A stretch of DNA of 64,000 nucleotides from Octopus sinensis (GCF_006345805.1 NC_042998.1:180296001-180360000), one strand, 5' to 3'; counted from the stretch's first letter, positions 1 to 12,330 are shown. Numbers and translations: made by a program. Notes: a model not told the origin generated them from the letters alone.

Positions 1-20
1 TTCTTATAAATGTATATCAA

Positions 21-240
21 ACATACACACGTACGTACATACATACATACATACATACATACATACATACATACATACATACATACATACATACATACAT
101 ACATACATACATACATACATAATACATACATACATAATACATACATACATACATACATACATACATACATACATACATACATACATACATACATACATAC
201 ATACATACATACATACATACGTACATACATACATACATAC
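21..240. repeat. (ACAT)n tetranucleotide microsatellite
   Basis: Near-perfect ACAT tandem run; it explains the MYVC/YIHT ORFs. Confidence 0.98.
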
Positions 241-446
241 AGGAGTAGATAATCACAGAATATAGTAGCCGCCATGTTTATTGACGTGTCAGCAGGAAAA
301 GAATACTTATTTTATCTCACTTCATAGAACCACTTTTATGGGTTTAGCGTGTGTGTGTGTGTGTGGTGCATATGTGTATGTGAATACACACAGACACATA
401 CACATACATGACAATAAATGAGAGAGGAGAGAGATTGAAGGGAGAT

Positions 447-506
<60 letters not shown>

Positions 507-602
507 AGAAATTAAAGTTGCAAGCTACCGCACCAGTGGAAATATATATGAAAGAAGGTTTGAAAATGCATTGCATTTTCATACCTTCTTTCATATTTAT
601 AT

Positions 603-644
<42 letters not shown>

Positions 645-1181
645 AGAGAGAGAGAGAGAGAGAGAGAGTTTATACATTTGCATTGAAACACATTCATGTA
701 CAAAACATAGATATACATCTTCTTACATCCACTTGAAGGCAGTCTTGCCTTTTTTTGTTCTTTTCTTCCTTTGTCTTTCGCATGTTGTTTTCTTCATTCA
801 CATATTCTTTCTTTCTTTCTTTCAGACAACACAATATTAATTATAAACCAAAAGTTCTATGGAGATGACGCCACTTGAGTAATGCCTACACCGTTTCTCT
901 CTCTCTCTCTCTCTGCCCTCTTCTTTCTTAGTTTGTCTACCCCCAAAACATTCACGAAAAAAACGGAAGAAGGATAAAAAGAGAGAAAAGCGAAAGGAAA
1001 AATATCCCCGATAAAACATATTTTCCCACTTCATTCCTGAGCTTCATCTCGGATTTTATTAATGTTTTCTTGTTGTCTTGTACCCTGCTTATTTTCTCGA
1101 GGCGCTATATAGGTCATTGTAGAATGTTTAATGCATACTAAGATTGTTCTAATTTTAGACATCAGACATTGTATGGAACTC

Positions 1182-1275
1182 TTACAAATAGCAAGGGCCA
1201 CAAAGTGCCCTGCTTGCATCTTGTTCATCTGTAAGAACCTCAGCGCTTTTCAGAGTGACAAGATCCCCAATTGAT
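1182..1275 (-). CDS. Probable terminal exon of an uncharacterised minus-strand gene (R)SIGDLVTLKSAEVLTDEQDASRALCGPCYL*
   Basis: Acceptor ...tatgttaag|A. The phase-2 start matches the 1606-1756 exon. TAA at 1182-1184 and AATAAA about 125 nt downstream. A gtaaga donor at 1185 is an alternative reading. Confidence 0.55.
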
Positions 1276-1605
1276 CTTAACATATTCAGAAGGAGAAAAA
1301 AAAAATAAATATGACAAAAATTCTTCCGACATCAATTGATTGTATAATCTAATTCGAAATACAGCCTCTTTTCGACAAAATAAAGAAGAAAACACTCAAC
1401 ACGTACTATTTTTATTATGTTGAATCACGAGGAAAACGAAATGCTGCTTTTCTTCAAAGGACTTAGAAAGCTGAAGAGTGAGCTAATATTGTTTATTCTG
1501 CCTCGAACTGTTGCAAGTCTTAATCTACAAAAGAAGAGTAAAATCATTTATTGCATTCACCTGAATAAATCTTATTTAGTATTCTTGACTTGCCAGGAAG
1601 CTCAC

Positions 1606-1756
1606 CTGCTATGAATTTTCAAGGGAATTTCTGGTGAATTGTAAAACACAAAACGAAGGTAGTGCCAATAAGCACACAAATCGACTTTGTACTTAGACTG
1701 AGGGAATGGTAGGATCACAATTGAAGAACGGATACTGCGTAGAGCGTATTGAAAGC
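1606..1756 (-). CDS. Internal exon, FQYALRSIRSSIVILPFPQSKYKVDLCAYWHYLRFVFYNSPEIPLKIHS
   Basis: Acceptor ttttcattttggcag|, donor cag|gtgagc. One frame is open over all 151 nt (phase 1 to 2). Confidence 0.6.
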
Positions 1757-2036
1757 CTGCCAAAATGAAAATCAGCATTTATTAAAACGTACATGAATTA
1801 TATGTATGTGTCTTACGAATTAAGAGAAAAATAATAAATAAATAACTATATGTAAGTTATGCTTTATATTTAAATACATTATCAATTTTTACCAACGCAT
1901 GTATATTTATACTTATGTGCGTGTATGTGTCTGTCAGTCAGTCTATCTGTTTGTCAGTTTGTCTCTATTTATGTATATCTGTATGTATGTATGTATGTAT
2001 GCATGTATGTATGTGTGTATGTATGTATGTATATAT

Positions 2037-2074
<38 letters not shown>

Positions 2075-2179
2075 CGGTCTCATAAAATTAAAAGGCCAAT
2101 AAAAGAAAATGGAGAAGAAAAATTTTAAAAATGAAAAATATACCTATAAGAGTATAAAAGGAACCGCCTCAACCAACTA

Positions 2180-2762
2180 TAGTATATAGTGGTCTCCCTA
2201 CACAAAACAAAATATTATGAGAATTGAAGCTCCCCAAAGGTCAATCACAAAAAAGATAGATGGCATGTCAGACCTTGACTACTGGGGTAGACTAGAGAAG
2301 CTGAAATTGTATTCACTCCAACGACGCCGTGAACGCTACATTATCTGTATGATGTGGAAAATATTCCACCAGCACTGTCCGAATGATGTTGGCATCACCT
2401 TCAAAATGCATCCAAGACTTGGACCACGTGCCATCCGTCCACAACAAAAATCTAAATCGCATCACATAACGACAATACGGCACAACTATTTCACCTCAAT
2501 TGGACCTGCTCTCTTCAACATTACACCAGGGCACGTCAAAAAAGAAACTGACCACACAAAATTCAAGAAGTCTTTGGACAAATTCCTTCAAACAGTACCG
2601 GACAAACCACCCACACCCGGATATGTCTCCGCAAACAATAACTCTCTGCTCGAATGGGCCTTGGTGCCCAAATCCTGAACTGAAAGACTTCACCAGGTGG
2701 TGCTATTAAGTTAGACATGGCCTGGGCCAATACTGGCCAAAACCTTTCTAAGTTATTCTAAG

Positions 2763-2765
<3 letters not shown>
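2180..2765 (+). mobile_element. 5'-truncated CR1-clade LINE, 3' end
   Basis: ORF 2217-2678 has the CR1-type C-terminal motifs YWGRLEKLKLYSLQRRRERY and FKKSLDKFL..VPDKP. It ends in a tandem (ttctaagtta)2 tail followed by (AT)n. Confidence 0.85.
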
Positions 2766-2814
<49 letters not shown>

Positions 2815-2815
<1 letters not shown>

Positions 2816-2945
2816 CCACCACTACCACCACCACCCCACCACCACCAGTACCACCACAACTAACACTGCCACCACCACCACCACCACCACCACAACCACC
2901 ACCACTACAACCACCACTACCACCACTACCACCACCACCACCACC
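2815..2945. repeat. (ACC)n imperfect trinucleotide repeat
   Basis: Direct inspection. Confidence 0.9.
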
Positions 2946-3384
2946 ATATCAAAATGAAATTAGAACAAATCATTCGTCCTTCTTCCAGATATTGAAAATG
3001 GCTTCAAAAGTAAAATTAATAGAGTGGCTATCTAATGATTAAAAACAAAAAACAAATGGTGAGTCAGTAATCAATGAAAACTTATACTCAGAAAGGATTA
3101 ACTCCCAGTGAAGAAAACAATCAATGTGTAAAAAGATAAAGAGAATCATCCTGCGAAACACAAAGACGTAAATTTTAATCTCTCTATATAAAATTTTAAT
3201 TCACAACCACTCACATAGTATAATATTCATGATAAGATTCCTATGACATTTTCTTCAACCACTGATTGAGCAAAATGTTAGGCGAAATAGAAATCATGAA
3301 TTTTAGAATGCATTTGAGTCTACTCATATAGCGTATCTCAACTTATTTCGGTAATTGGTTCCGAGATATGAGGCGTAAGTTGAA

Positions 3385-3778
3385 AAACGCGCTCCCAGTG
3401 AATTATCGTCCATCCTCAGTAACCTTACATATCATGAAAATATTTGAGAGTGTTGAGATGAAAAATAACTGCTTTCCTAGAGAAAAAAAGTCATCTAGAT
3501 CCCAGCCAGCACGGTTTTCGAGGTGGCAGGGATTACCTGACACATCTACAATAATTTGACGAGATTTTAAAGACACTCTTCTCCACGTTTACAAGGTCTC
3601 ACCTCGAATACTGCTACCCAATGTGTCCCCATACACAAAGCAAGATATAATGAAGATTGAAGAACCGCAGAGATCAATCACCAAAAACAAAGAAAAAAAG
3701 GCATGACAGGCCTAGTCTATTAGGCTTGCCTGGAAAACTGAAACTTTGTTATCTCCAACACTGCCATGAGCGCTATAT
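3385..3778 (+). mobile_element. Degenerate, internally deleted CR1-clade LINE fragment
   Basis: NYRPSSVTLHIMKIFE and QHGFRGGR motifs. The IMKIEEPQRSITK segment is homologous to the copy at 2217. Confidence 0.75.
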
Positions 3779-4029
3779 TAATTGTACACTGCAGAAAATA
3801 GTCCATATTTTCCTCTTATAGTAAACTTGACTCTTACTCTTCTCGGTTGTTTAAATGATACGGACCTAAACTCCTGTGAGTACCTATCTATAGTTTCGTT
3901 GCATAATCTCAATTATAAAATATCTCGTTTAGATAAACTACATTTCTGCTCCCTGTCTCATGTAAGTTTATCAGCTGTAAAGCTTTTGCATTTGGTAATA
4001 ACTATATAATCCATATATTTAAGAGCCTT

Positions 4030-4245
4030 GTGGTGGTGGTGGTTGTGGTGGTGGTGGTGGTAGTGGTGGTGGTGGTTGTGGTGGTGGTGGTGGTGGTGGT
4101 GGTGGTTGTGGTGGTGGTGGTGGTGGTGGTGATGGTGGTGGTGGTGGTGGTGGTGTTAGTGGTGGTGGTGGTGGTGGTGGTGGTGGTGGTGGTGGTGGTG
4201 GTGGTTGTGGTGGTGGTGGTGTTGATGGTAGTGGTGGTTGTGGTA
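4030..4245. repeat. (GGT)n microsatellite
   Basis: Direct inspection; source of the poly-V and poly-T ORFs. Confidence 0.97.
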
Positions 4246-4320
4246 ATATTGCTACTGTTCATATTGACTTGAGGCAATCGACTTTTCTCCTCATCATCAT
4301 TCACATGCGCAACAGCCTAC

Positions 4321-4389
4321 CTTAACAATCGTCATTCCACTTTTCACAATTGAGGCAGCATCAGTATCATTTCTGGTAGACCGCGCACT
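4321..4389 (-). CDS. Internal exon SARSTRNDTDAASIVKSGMTIVK
   Basis: Acceptor ttttttattcatctttaag|, donor aag|gtaggc. 69 nt, phase 0 to 0, and the only open frame. Confidence 0.55.
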
Positions 4390-4917
4390 CTTAAAGATGA
4401 ATAAAAAATAGAACCTCATCTGGAGGCAACGTTGCTTTCGATTTTTATCCTTCTGGGGGTCAATATAATTATTGAAATACATGGCTAGAAACAATCGAAT
4501 ACACTTCCTACCTACCACCGTAATTTGTGCATTTCATGGTAATTTTATGATAGTTCTACTTGTCACTCAGTTACTTAGCCCGGCCATAATGTTTCCACGT
4601 GATTAGTTGAGAGGAAGGGGAGGGGAAGAGAAGAGGTGGTGATGAGTGAAATGTGCAAATTTTTAAACTAAGTTTTTTCTTCTTCCATTACTTAGCCCGT
4701 TTACAACGCTTCACGTGATTAGTTGAAGGGAAAGGCTAAGAAAGAAAGAAAAAGGAGAGGTAAAAAGAGGGTAAGGCGAAGAGTGAGAAGGAAAGAGGGA
4801 GAGTGTTGTGTATTAAGTATATAAAATTGAGCATAAAGTGTATATATAAAGTGCATTAAGTAATCATCGTATTCCAATTTTCTTCACTTTTCAATGATTA
4901 GCAGATGAGCGACTCAC

Positions 4918-4970
4918 TTTTGATAAAGACACAACACAGGCTACGCTTTCAGGCTTTTGGATAAAGTTTT
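4918..4970 (-). CDS. Internal exon (E)NFIQKPESVACVVSLSK
   Basis: Acceptor ...aacgatag|, donor aaa|gtgagt. 53 nt, phase 1 to 0, joins the 4321-4389 exon in frame. Confidence 0.5.
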
Positions 4971-5076
4971 CTATCGTTAATTCAGTGAAAGTCGTTATTA
5001 AGTTAGTTGTTTAGTCGGTGAAATGATAGCACTGTTAGAGCGGTCATCAGTATACTTTGCAGTCACTACTCCTTAC

Positions 5077-5119
5077 CTTCCACGTTCAAATTCATCCACA
5101 GACAACTATACTATTAATC
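5077..5119 (-). other. Candidate exon (alternative start MNLNVE at 5095, or UTR)
   Basis: Strong acceptor (ttctttcccttcactctaaag|) and donor (gaag|gtaagg). All frames contain stops, but the ATG at 5095 ends in phase 1, matching the next exon. Confidence 0.4.
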
Positions 5120-5189
5120 CTTTAGAGTGAAGGGAAAGAAACAGTAGTATACTGATTTCTAAACTTCTACAATAAATTCACGTTTACTA

Positions 5190-5376
5190 AATGTTGGCAT
5201 TAGGCCAGCAAGTTCGAGGCAGCTGGAGTAAGGAATTTAGATCACAGGTACTTATTTTATCGACCTCGAAAGGATGAAAGGCAAAGTCGACCTCGACGGA
5301 ATCTGAACTCAGACGGTCGAAATGCTGTCAAGCATTTTCCCCGGCGTGCTAACGATTCTGCCAGCTCGTAGCCTTA
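5190..5376 (-). mobile_element. tRNA-derived SINE, family A (gcctttcatcctttcggggtcgataaa core, MetaSINE-like)
   Basis: Head ggc..gagctggcagaatcgttagc and the shared central core seen in many copies in this window. Confidence 0.85.
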
Positions 5377-7129
5377 TTTATTAGTAATATTGATGTGTTT
5401 TTTTTCAGTGTGAGGTTTCACTGCATAACTATGTGGCAGCACTACTATGTAACACAGGGATGTAATGTATTATTATTTTGAGAATAGTGAGGTGTTACAT
5501 CTAATTTGTTGAGTTTGTCTTCTGTTTTGTTTCAGTGTTGGTCTTGTTTATTGTGAATGGTTAGATTTGGAATACGAATATGGAATATTTGTATGTAATT
5601 AACACGACATCTTGAAATTGCGTTATTTCACGAAGGTTGTATTATTTACGGCAGACGTAAAATCCAGAGTCCAAGGGCTAGAATCCGCAGAAATGGTAAT
5701 GATGAATGCAAGAGCCTTTGTTGGATGACTATAACTTTGGTTGCTCGTGACAACCAAAGTTATAGTTTGAGCCACGGAAAGAAACCGAAGTGGGGAAACA
5801 CCTTACATTTGGAGATAAAATTTAAGGGAGCACTATACCGCGTCAACATTATCGACCTCACAGTAACCAAAACGTTTGCGACCCTACATGAATATATGCA
5901 AAATTTAATGTGACAATTGTATCTACTGAGTTGAGTTTGTTTCGAATGTTAGTTGTGAACAGTGGGATGTTAAAATTGTGTCCTGTTTTGTCCAGCATCT
6001 TTTGCCTTATAGCTAATTCACAAATTACTATTGTTATTGATTTTACTCTCATTTCCTCTATACTGGTTATTTCATTCCTATGTTCTTGAACAATGATAGC
6101 TTTGCGTTTTCTTTCGAGCGATGTCTGTGTCGGAAATAATCGAGATGCCTAGAAGAGAATATGTTTTGTTGATTTTTTTTCTACTTTCTTTCATGTACCA
6201 GAATATTGGAGCCATGTCATTCTTACATACTGATTTGGTGCATCGTATACTACTTGTTTAAGGATTTTGTGTAGAAGTGCTTACAACGTAGTTACATATC
6301 TACTCATGTATCTATTCATGTATCTACATACCTGTTCATGTTTGTAGATATATTCAGAGTTTACAAGAAATAGATTGCTTCTGTATGTAGATTCCATATT
6401 GGCCTCTTACTTTATTGTTGCAGTTTTGTTTTTGCTAGTCAATAACCTTGCACAACTAAAATTAAACGTTCCGTTTCTGCCATTCGCCCAGAACTTTTAC
6501 ACCTTTGTGTCATTTCACATAGACTCCTTTCGTTTCATTCAGCTTTGCAGGATACATATAATAGAAGGTTGATTTTTTTTTTTTTTTGCCGTTGCGATGT
6601 CTTTGGGCTGTTTTGATTTGCTTCCCCCTTATTTTTTATGTCGCATGTTTTTTTAAAAACTTTTTGCTGCATTTTTTAACCTACAAATTTTCGTTAGTTT
6701 ATCTGATTACTGTAATGATTCCTTATATCTGTAGAATCTCTTTCCATATTACCTTATTATAACTTATCTGATTACGACTTCTCCCTACTAAGTTTTTTTC
6801 TAGACTCATTTGTTACTTGTAATCATATTCAATGTTTCACACATTCTTCTTGCGCTCCTGCTAAATATACTCTAATTGACTGAGGATAATCGGTTCATAA
6901 TGCATTGAGTATTTTCTTTGAAACACTATCCAGGTTATGCAGCAGTTCATCTTATTTTCAAAATATTACATTCAATATGGCTCCGATAGTAACAACCTTC
7001 GTCTGACACTGAGTCCAATTTTATTTCATATTAGTCAAGCATTTTTGTAGTATTTTTTCCATTGTCTATTCATCTAAATATTTTCTGTTTTAATTAAACT
7101 GTTTATCTTTAGTAATTGCGTAAAACCGG

Positions 7130-7580
7130 TTGCTATAGCTTCATATTAATTATATCCTTTAACCAAAACCTGGGTATTTTATCAATACCCCTGCTCCAAT
7201 TAATAGCAGTTTTGAATAGTTTTCTAAACTGCCACGTAATATCTTGAGTCATATTTGAGGCGTTATTGGATGTTACCCTCTCAGTGTGCATATTAATTAT
7301 GTTGTATATTTTAGTTGTTATATTCTTCAAATATAATGCCTCTTATAACGTATTTCTTTTGTCGGTATATCTGCCGTTTTACGAGTTTTGTTGAGAGGAT
7401 TTTTGCTCGACTATTTCTCTCGGGGTCTAGATTTGCTTTGCTCGTTTTCTTTTTGATCCTGTATAGTATATTTTCTTTCGGTAGATATTCAATGGGCTTG
7501 TAACGCATGTGACTCAATTTATTAGGGGGAAATCTAATTTCAGTTGGTATTACAATGACAACCGAGTAAATTGTTATTAA
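7130..7580 (-). mobile_element. Highly degenerate R4/Dong-like LINE fragment
   Basis: INWSRGIDKIPRFWLK resembles the NWKxPGxDxxxNFWLK motif upstream of R4/Dong RT. Confidence 0.4.
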
Positions 7581-7596
7581 CATTTGTCGAACTCAC

Positions 7597-7654
7597 CCGG
7601 ATGGCTAGTGTTCAATTTTATTGTATTTACACACTTATTTCGAAAACCTATTTT
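7597..7654 (-). CDS. Candidate exon KIGFRNKCVNTIKLNTSHP
   Basis: Acceptor ...ttattgaattag|, donor ccgg|gtgagt. Phase 0 to 1, joins the 4918-4970 exon in frame. Confidence 0.35.
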
Positions 7655-7991
7655 CTAATTCAATAACATAATTAAAAGTAAATATCGCATTTCTCTATTA
7701 AAAAGGACACACACACGTGTACATATATACATATATATTTAATACATCATACAGTTCAATAGCTCATAAATACATTAATATTTCTATGAGTATCTGTTTG
7801 ATTTTCTAGGAGGGCCTGGTTATATTAGACTCTTCGTTTGTTCGGAGCTTGTGAAGCTGTTTCTATTGATCAATGATGATTCATTTTATTATGGACAGTT
7901 TTCCTCTTTTTTTTTCTCTTAAATTTTCTTCGTTACTGCTCGTTCTAATTTCGTGGGTGTTAGTACTCCATTGGTTATTATTGGAAAACGG

Positions 7992-8222
7992 AAGGGGGTA
8001 AGTTGGTAGAAACGTTAGCACGCCAGACAACATGCTTAGCGGAATTTTGTGCGTCTTTACGTTCTGAGTTCAAATTCCGCCGCGGTTAAATTTGCTTTTC
8101 ATCCTTTCAGGGTTGATAAAATTATGTACCAGTCAGGTACTGGAGACGATAACATTGACTAGTCCCCGCGCCACCACCAACGCAAATTTTCAGGCTTTGT
8201 TTCTATAGTAAAATAGAATTAT
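7992..8222 (+). mobile_element. SINE family A, diverged copy
   Basis: Same head, core and tail as the other family A copies. Confidence 0.8.
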
Positions 8223-8501
8223 TGGAAAATGTTGATTACATTTTATTTATGTGGAATTTACGTTGTTCAACAACTTTATTTTGATGTAGGTATTTTCCTT
8301 ATGTGTTTGTTTGCCTTCTTTTTGTTTTCATATTTATACTTTACTTGTATGATCGATCATGCAGTTAAACAAGGGAGCTGAAATTTAACATTTAGCAATG
8401 TCCATACAATAACATACAATCTTTTTATTTGTTTATCGCCTTGACTACATCTATAAAGTGTGTAGGCACAGATGGAAAGTGAAAACGTTCGTGTTACTTA
8501 C

Positions 8502-8540
8502 TAGCGATTTGGTGTTTGCTTTCCCAAAGTATTCGTCCAT
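8502..8540 (-). CDS. Candidate start-codon exon MDEYFGKANTKSL
   Basis: ATG at 8540 with an in-frame upstream TGA; donor cta|gtaagt; phase 0 matches the 7597-7654 exon. Confidence 0.3.
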
Positions 8541-9158
8541 ATCATGTGATATACAATATCAGAGTCTGGCACTAATTAGAAGGTCCTCTTCAAGGCACCC
8601 TATCGATTAACAGTAGAGATGTGTCTCAATGTATTCTGTAGCACTCTCATTTTCTTATTTTCTTGGTTTATTGAGGAATTTTTGTTTCCTGCCTAGCTTT
8701 TCCCTTCTCCTTAGACGATACTGCATGGGCTGTGCGTACACATTGAACATGTGCACGATAAGTATGCAGTCAGTTCTAAAATAAGTATAATATACAACCT
8801 GGCTTTTACTACTATTCGCTTGTCACACTTCCTGATAAGGACTCATTCGATATCTTACAAGTGCTTAGTTAACTCTAAGGGATCTTTACTTTTTGACCTA
8901 CAGATTTAAAAAAATATTTTTTTGTAGCTAAACACTTTCAAACAGCGGACCCTGGTAGAATGTGTCATATAAATCATGTTTTACTCTTAGCCTTTTTGAG
9001 AAAAACTTATATTTACGAAGTAATTTCACGTCAAAGTAGTCCTATTTCGGTAACCAATCAATGACGTGTATTCAGCAGAAATATTGTTTCCGCAACGAGT
9101 AGGCTATATCGAAATGTTTGATCTGTAGTCAGTGCAATGGTTACAAGGGTACTCTCAA

Positions 9159-9383
9159 TATCGGCGAGCTGGCAGAGACGTTAGCACGCCGGGCGAAATG
9201 CGTATTCGTATTTCTTCTGCCGTTACGTTCTGAGTTCAAATTCTGCCGAGGTCAACTTTGCCTTTCATCCTTTCGATAAATTAAGTACCAGTTACGCACT
9301 GGAGTCGATATAATCGACTTAATCCATTTGTCTGTCCTTGTTTGTCCCCTCTGTGTTTAGCCCCTTGTGGGTAGTAAAGAAAT
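9159..9383 (+). mobile_element. SINE family A monomer with a 12-bp target-site duplication
   Basis: gggtactctcaa at 9147-9158 and 9384-9395 flanks a full head-core-tail unit. Confidence 0.92.
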
Positions 9384-9823
9384 GGGTACTCTCAACGTCT
9401 CCCTAAAAGTCCGCAACAATATAGACATAACACCTAGTCAAACCAAGAAGAGACAAGCAAAGTTGCCGGAGTATCACATTGTACTTCATGCTTAAATTGA
9501 ACTCAGTTATTTCCAGACACGCCATGTCGTTCCTCAGAGTTACCAATGTGACATGTCCAACGCTATATATGAATGAACTAAAAATAACTCCATATATCAA
9601 TTGCCTACGGAATTTTCTGTCTACTATTTTGGCAGATATTAAGTGGTTTTCTACATTTGTTTATAACCTTATAAGTTTTACGAACCTAGACGTCTAATAT
9701 TATATTTATTGTTTTCAAACGTTTATTTAGCGTGAAAGGTATTTTCTAATTCGCGATCATAATTAAAAGTAAATATTACATTTTATCTATTTATAATAAT
9801 CTATCATTTCAAAACATATATGC

Positions 9824-9848
9824 ATGTATGTATGTATGTATGTATGTG

Positions 9849-9880
<32 letters not shown>

Positions 9881-9945
9881 TGTATGTATGTATGTATGTA
9901 TGTATGTATGTGTATGTATGTATGTATGTATGTATTATGTATGTA
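9824..9945. repeat. (ATGT)n microsatellite
   Basis: Direct inspection. Confidence 0.95.
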
Positions 9946-10352
9946 TGCATGCATGCGTGCTTTCGATATTAGCACATACATAAGAATACACTTGTATGTA
10001 TTTGTGCATACATTTATGTGTCTTTGTGTGTGTTTGTATATATTCAATACAAGATGCCTTTCATGAAATCATTAATACATTAATAACTCCATTAATGTTT
10101 ATATTTGAATACGTTACGTATTCTTTTTTCATTCCGAGATTGGGTTTAAGTGAAGGATATTTGTTCGCAAATGTTCGAATGTATACTACGTAGTATTTTA
10201 TAATTGCCGAGTTGAGAATCTGTGCAAATTATATTATATACAAAATATACATTTATCTGTTCTGACAAGGAAGTAGAGATAATTGTATTGTAAACGAAGT
10301 AGAGATTATAGTGTTGAAACACATATAGGGAATTCATTCCATCGCCTCTCAC

Positions 10353-10420
10353 ACTTACACGCAGTTACACTCGAGTATGTGTCTGCTGTTATTCAGATGA
10401 TATCATCAAATATGGCGGAA
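10353..10420 (-). promoter_or_regulatory. Possible non-coding first exon / promoter-proximal region of the minus-strand gene
   Basis: Donor gcgt|gtaagt at 10358, a locally CpG-containing stretch, and a YY1-like caaatatggcgg motif at 10407-10418. Confidence 0.3.
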
Positions 10421-10699
10421 AATCGCTTCTTGAAAAGTCGTTAGCAAGACCAGTTTTCATGGATCAAAGCTGCTTACGTGACTGAATTTGTTGCTGTCCG
10501 CAGATTTAGTGTACATTAATAGAGTATTATAGAAGAAGCAACAAAGGATTTCTACCTTCGGGAGCAATTTCTCTGTACGCTGATAGGGACTTGTCAAAGT
10601 TATGTTTTAGACCAGTGGTTCCCAACCGATTTTTGGCCATGTCCCACTGAATCATTACTAACATCCTGATGACCCCTTGTGATATTTAATTTTTGTTAT

Positions 10700-11666
10700 T
10701 CAAATAATAATGTTTACAATATTACCCGGAAACAAAATTTTAAAAAATTGTGCAACGGATAAAAAAAAAAAACATGTGTAGGAAACGAATATAAAAACAA
10801 TGCGCGGAAAACAATGGGAGCGTGTGGACTTCGGAAAATTCACAAGATCCGAGTTTTTCCTCCATGACTTTTAGGAAAATGTTTTTTTTTAAAGGAAATT
10901 TTATTAAAAAAATACCCTTCAACCGGCATAGATTGCGATTATAAAGAAATTTGTGGGAAAATCTTTTCCGAGGTTTCAGGAGAGGACTTAGGAAAATTCA
11001 GAAGATACGAGTTTTTCGCCCATAAATTGGCGATAGTTCATCGTGGATAGCGGGTATAAATCCAGATTTTAAATATCCCTCTGAATATTGACGAACTTTT
11101 TTTACTTGCACTACTCATTTTATGTATTTTTGAATCGGCATAACAACAGATTTCTGCACCCCCGACTTTGGACGATCATAACATTCAGAAAAATGGATAT
11201 TTTTTTTAATACAACAATTGGGGAATATTTTTGAGAACTGTTTCCCACTCGGGGGCGTTTCTGAACAAGACCTCCATATTTGTTTCATTTTCTCCGTTTT
11301 GTGCATTTGTGCATCCATAAATTTCTACTGAAGCAACAAACAGACAAATGAAGCCCTCAGAAGAAAACTCGTTATGCTAAAAATAACAGCTAAAGTTCTG
11401 GTACACAGAAATATGTTATGACGACTTATCTGTTGCATACGATTTTTTTTCACTTTAATAAAATTCCCAGGTAAACGTTTCTAATAGAATGGCAGAAGAC
11501 ACCAGAAGCAAAAATAAGGAATATACAGTTAAATATAGAAGGAATATAAGTTATATAAGTTAAATATAGAAGTGTAAGGAATAATTTGTTACATAATCTC
11601 TATAATAAACATAATACTGAATGGAATAACTCCCCGTTTGAACTTTTTTAATTACATGTGCATGTG

Positions 11667-11706
<40 letters not shown>

Positions 11707-12330
11707 GGTAGAAATCTACGGATGCACAAACGCACAAAACGGAGAAAATGAAACAAATATGGACGACTTGTTCAGAATTACCCGCAAGTGGGGAACAGTT
11801 CTCAAAAATAGCCCCCAAGTGTTTCGTCCACTAAAAAAAAAAAAAATCCCATGTCCTCGGAATCTACATAGTCCGAGCTATATTTGTAGAGAATTTCATT
11901 AAAAATATCAAAGTTGAAGACGAATTGAAGTGGACTGCGGTGAATCTTCCGAAATACCCCACCCAACCCCTTCTAAAACACTTTCTCCACCCAAATTTTG
12001 TATGTTCGGAATCTACATACTATAGCACATATGCGTGAACAATTTCATTAAAAATATCCATTTTTCTGAAAGTTATGACCATCCAAAGTCGGGGGGGGGC
12101 GTAGAAATCTGTAGTTATGCCTTTGAATCAAACATGAAGAGATTTTCAGTTCAAGCAAATTTTTTCAAAACGATTTCAGTATATAAACTTTCGGAAAATA
12201 TGCTCAAAAAGAAACAAAAAATATTGCGTGAATCTTCTCAGCTGCAAAAAACACCTTTATATCAATGATGGAAGATTTTTTCTTAGCTTTTTGTAGAATT
12301 CACAAACTGACTGGGGAGAAAAAAATGACC
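10700..12330. mobile_element. Decayed non-autonomous DNA element with modular inverted subrepeats
   Basis: 11137-11328 is the reverse complement of 11708-11818 plus 12050-12121. Related modules recur on both sides. Confidence 0.55.

Noticed and set aside
4-256. ORFs of MYVC/YIHT, IYIY, poly-V/T/I/L/N type throughout the track
   Set aside because: They are translations of microsatellites with no coding evidence.
2979-3058. Plus-strand segment with a strong acceptor and a gtgagt donor
   Set aside because: All three frames contain stops and there are no supporting neighbouring exons; at most a non-coding exon.
3215-3974. Candidates for the missing phase 0-to-1 exon
   Set aside because: Each tested acceptor/donor pair gave a stop or the wrong phase.
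4321-4389. Pyruvate kinase-like similarity (IVKSGM vs MIKSGM)
   Set aside because: Only a few residues match; LNFSHG and other PK motifs are absent.
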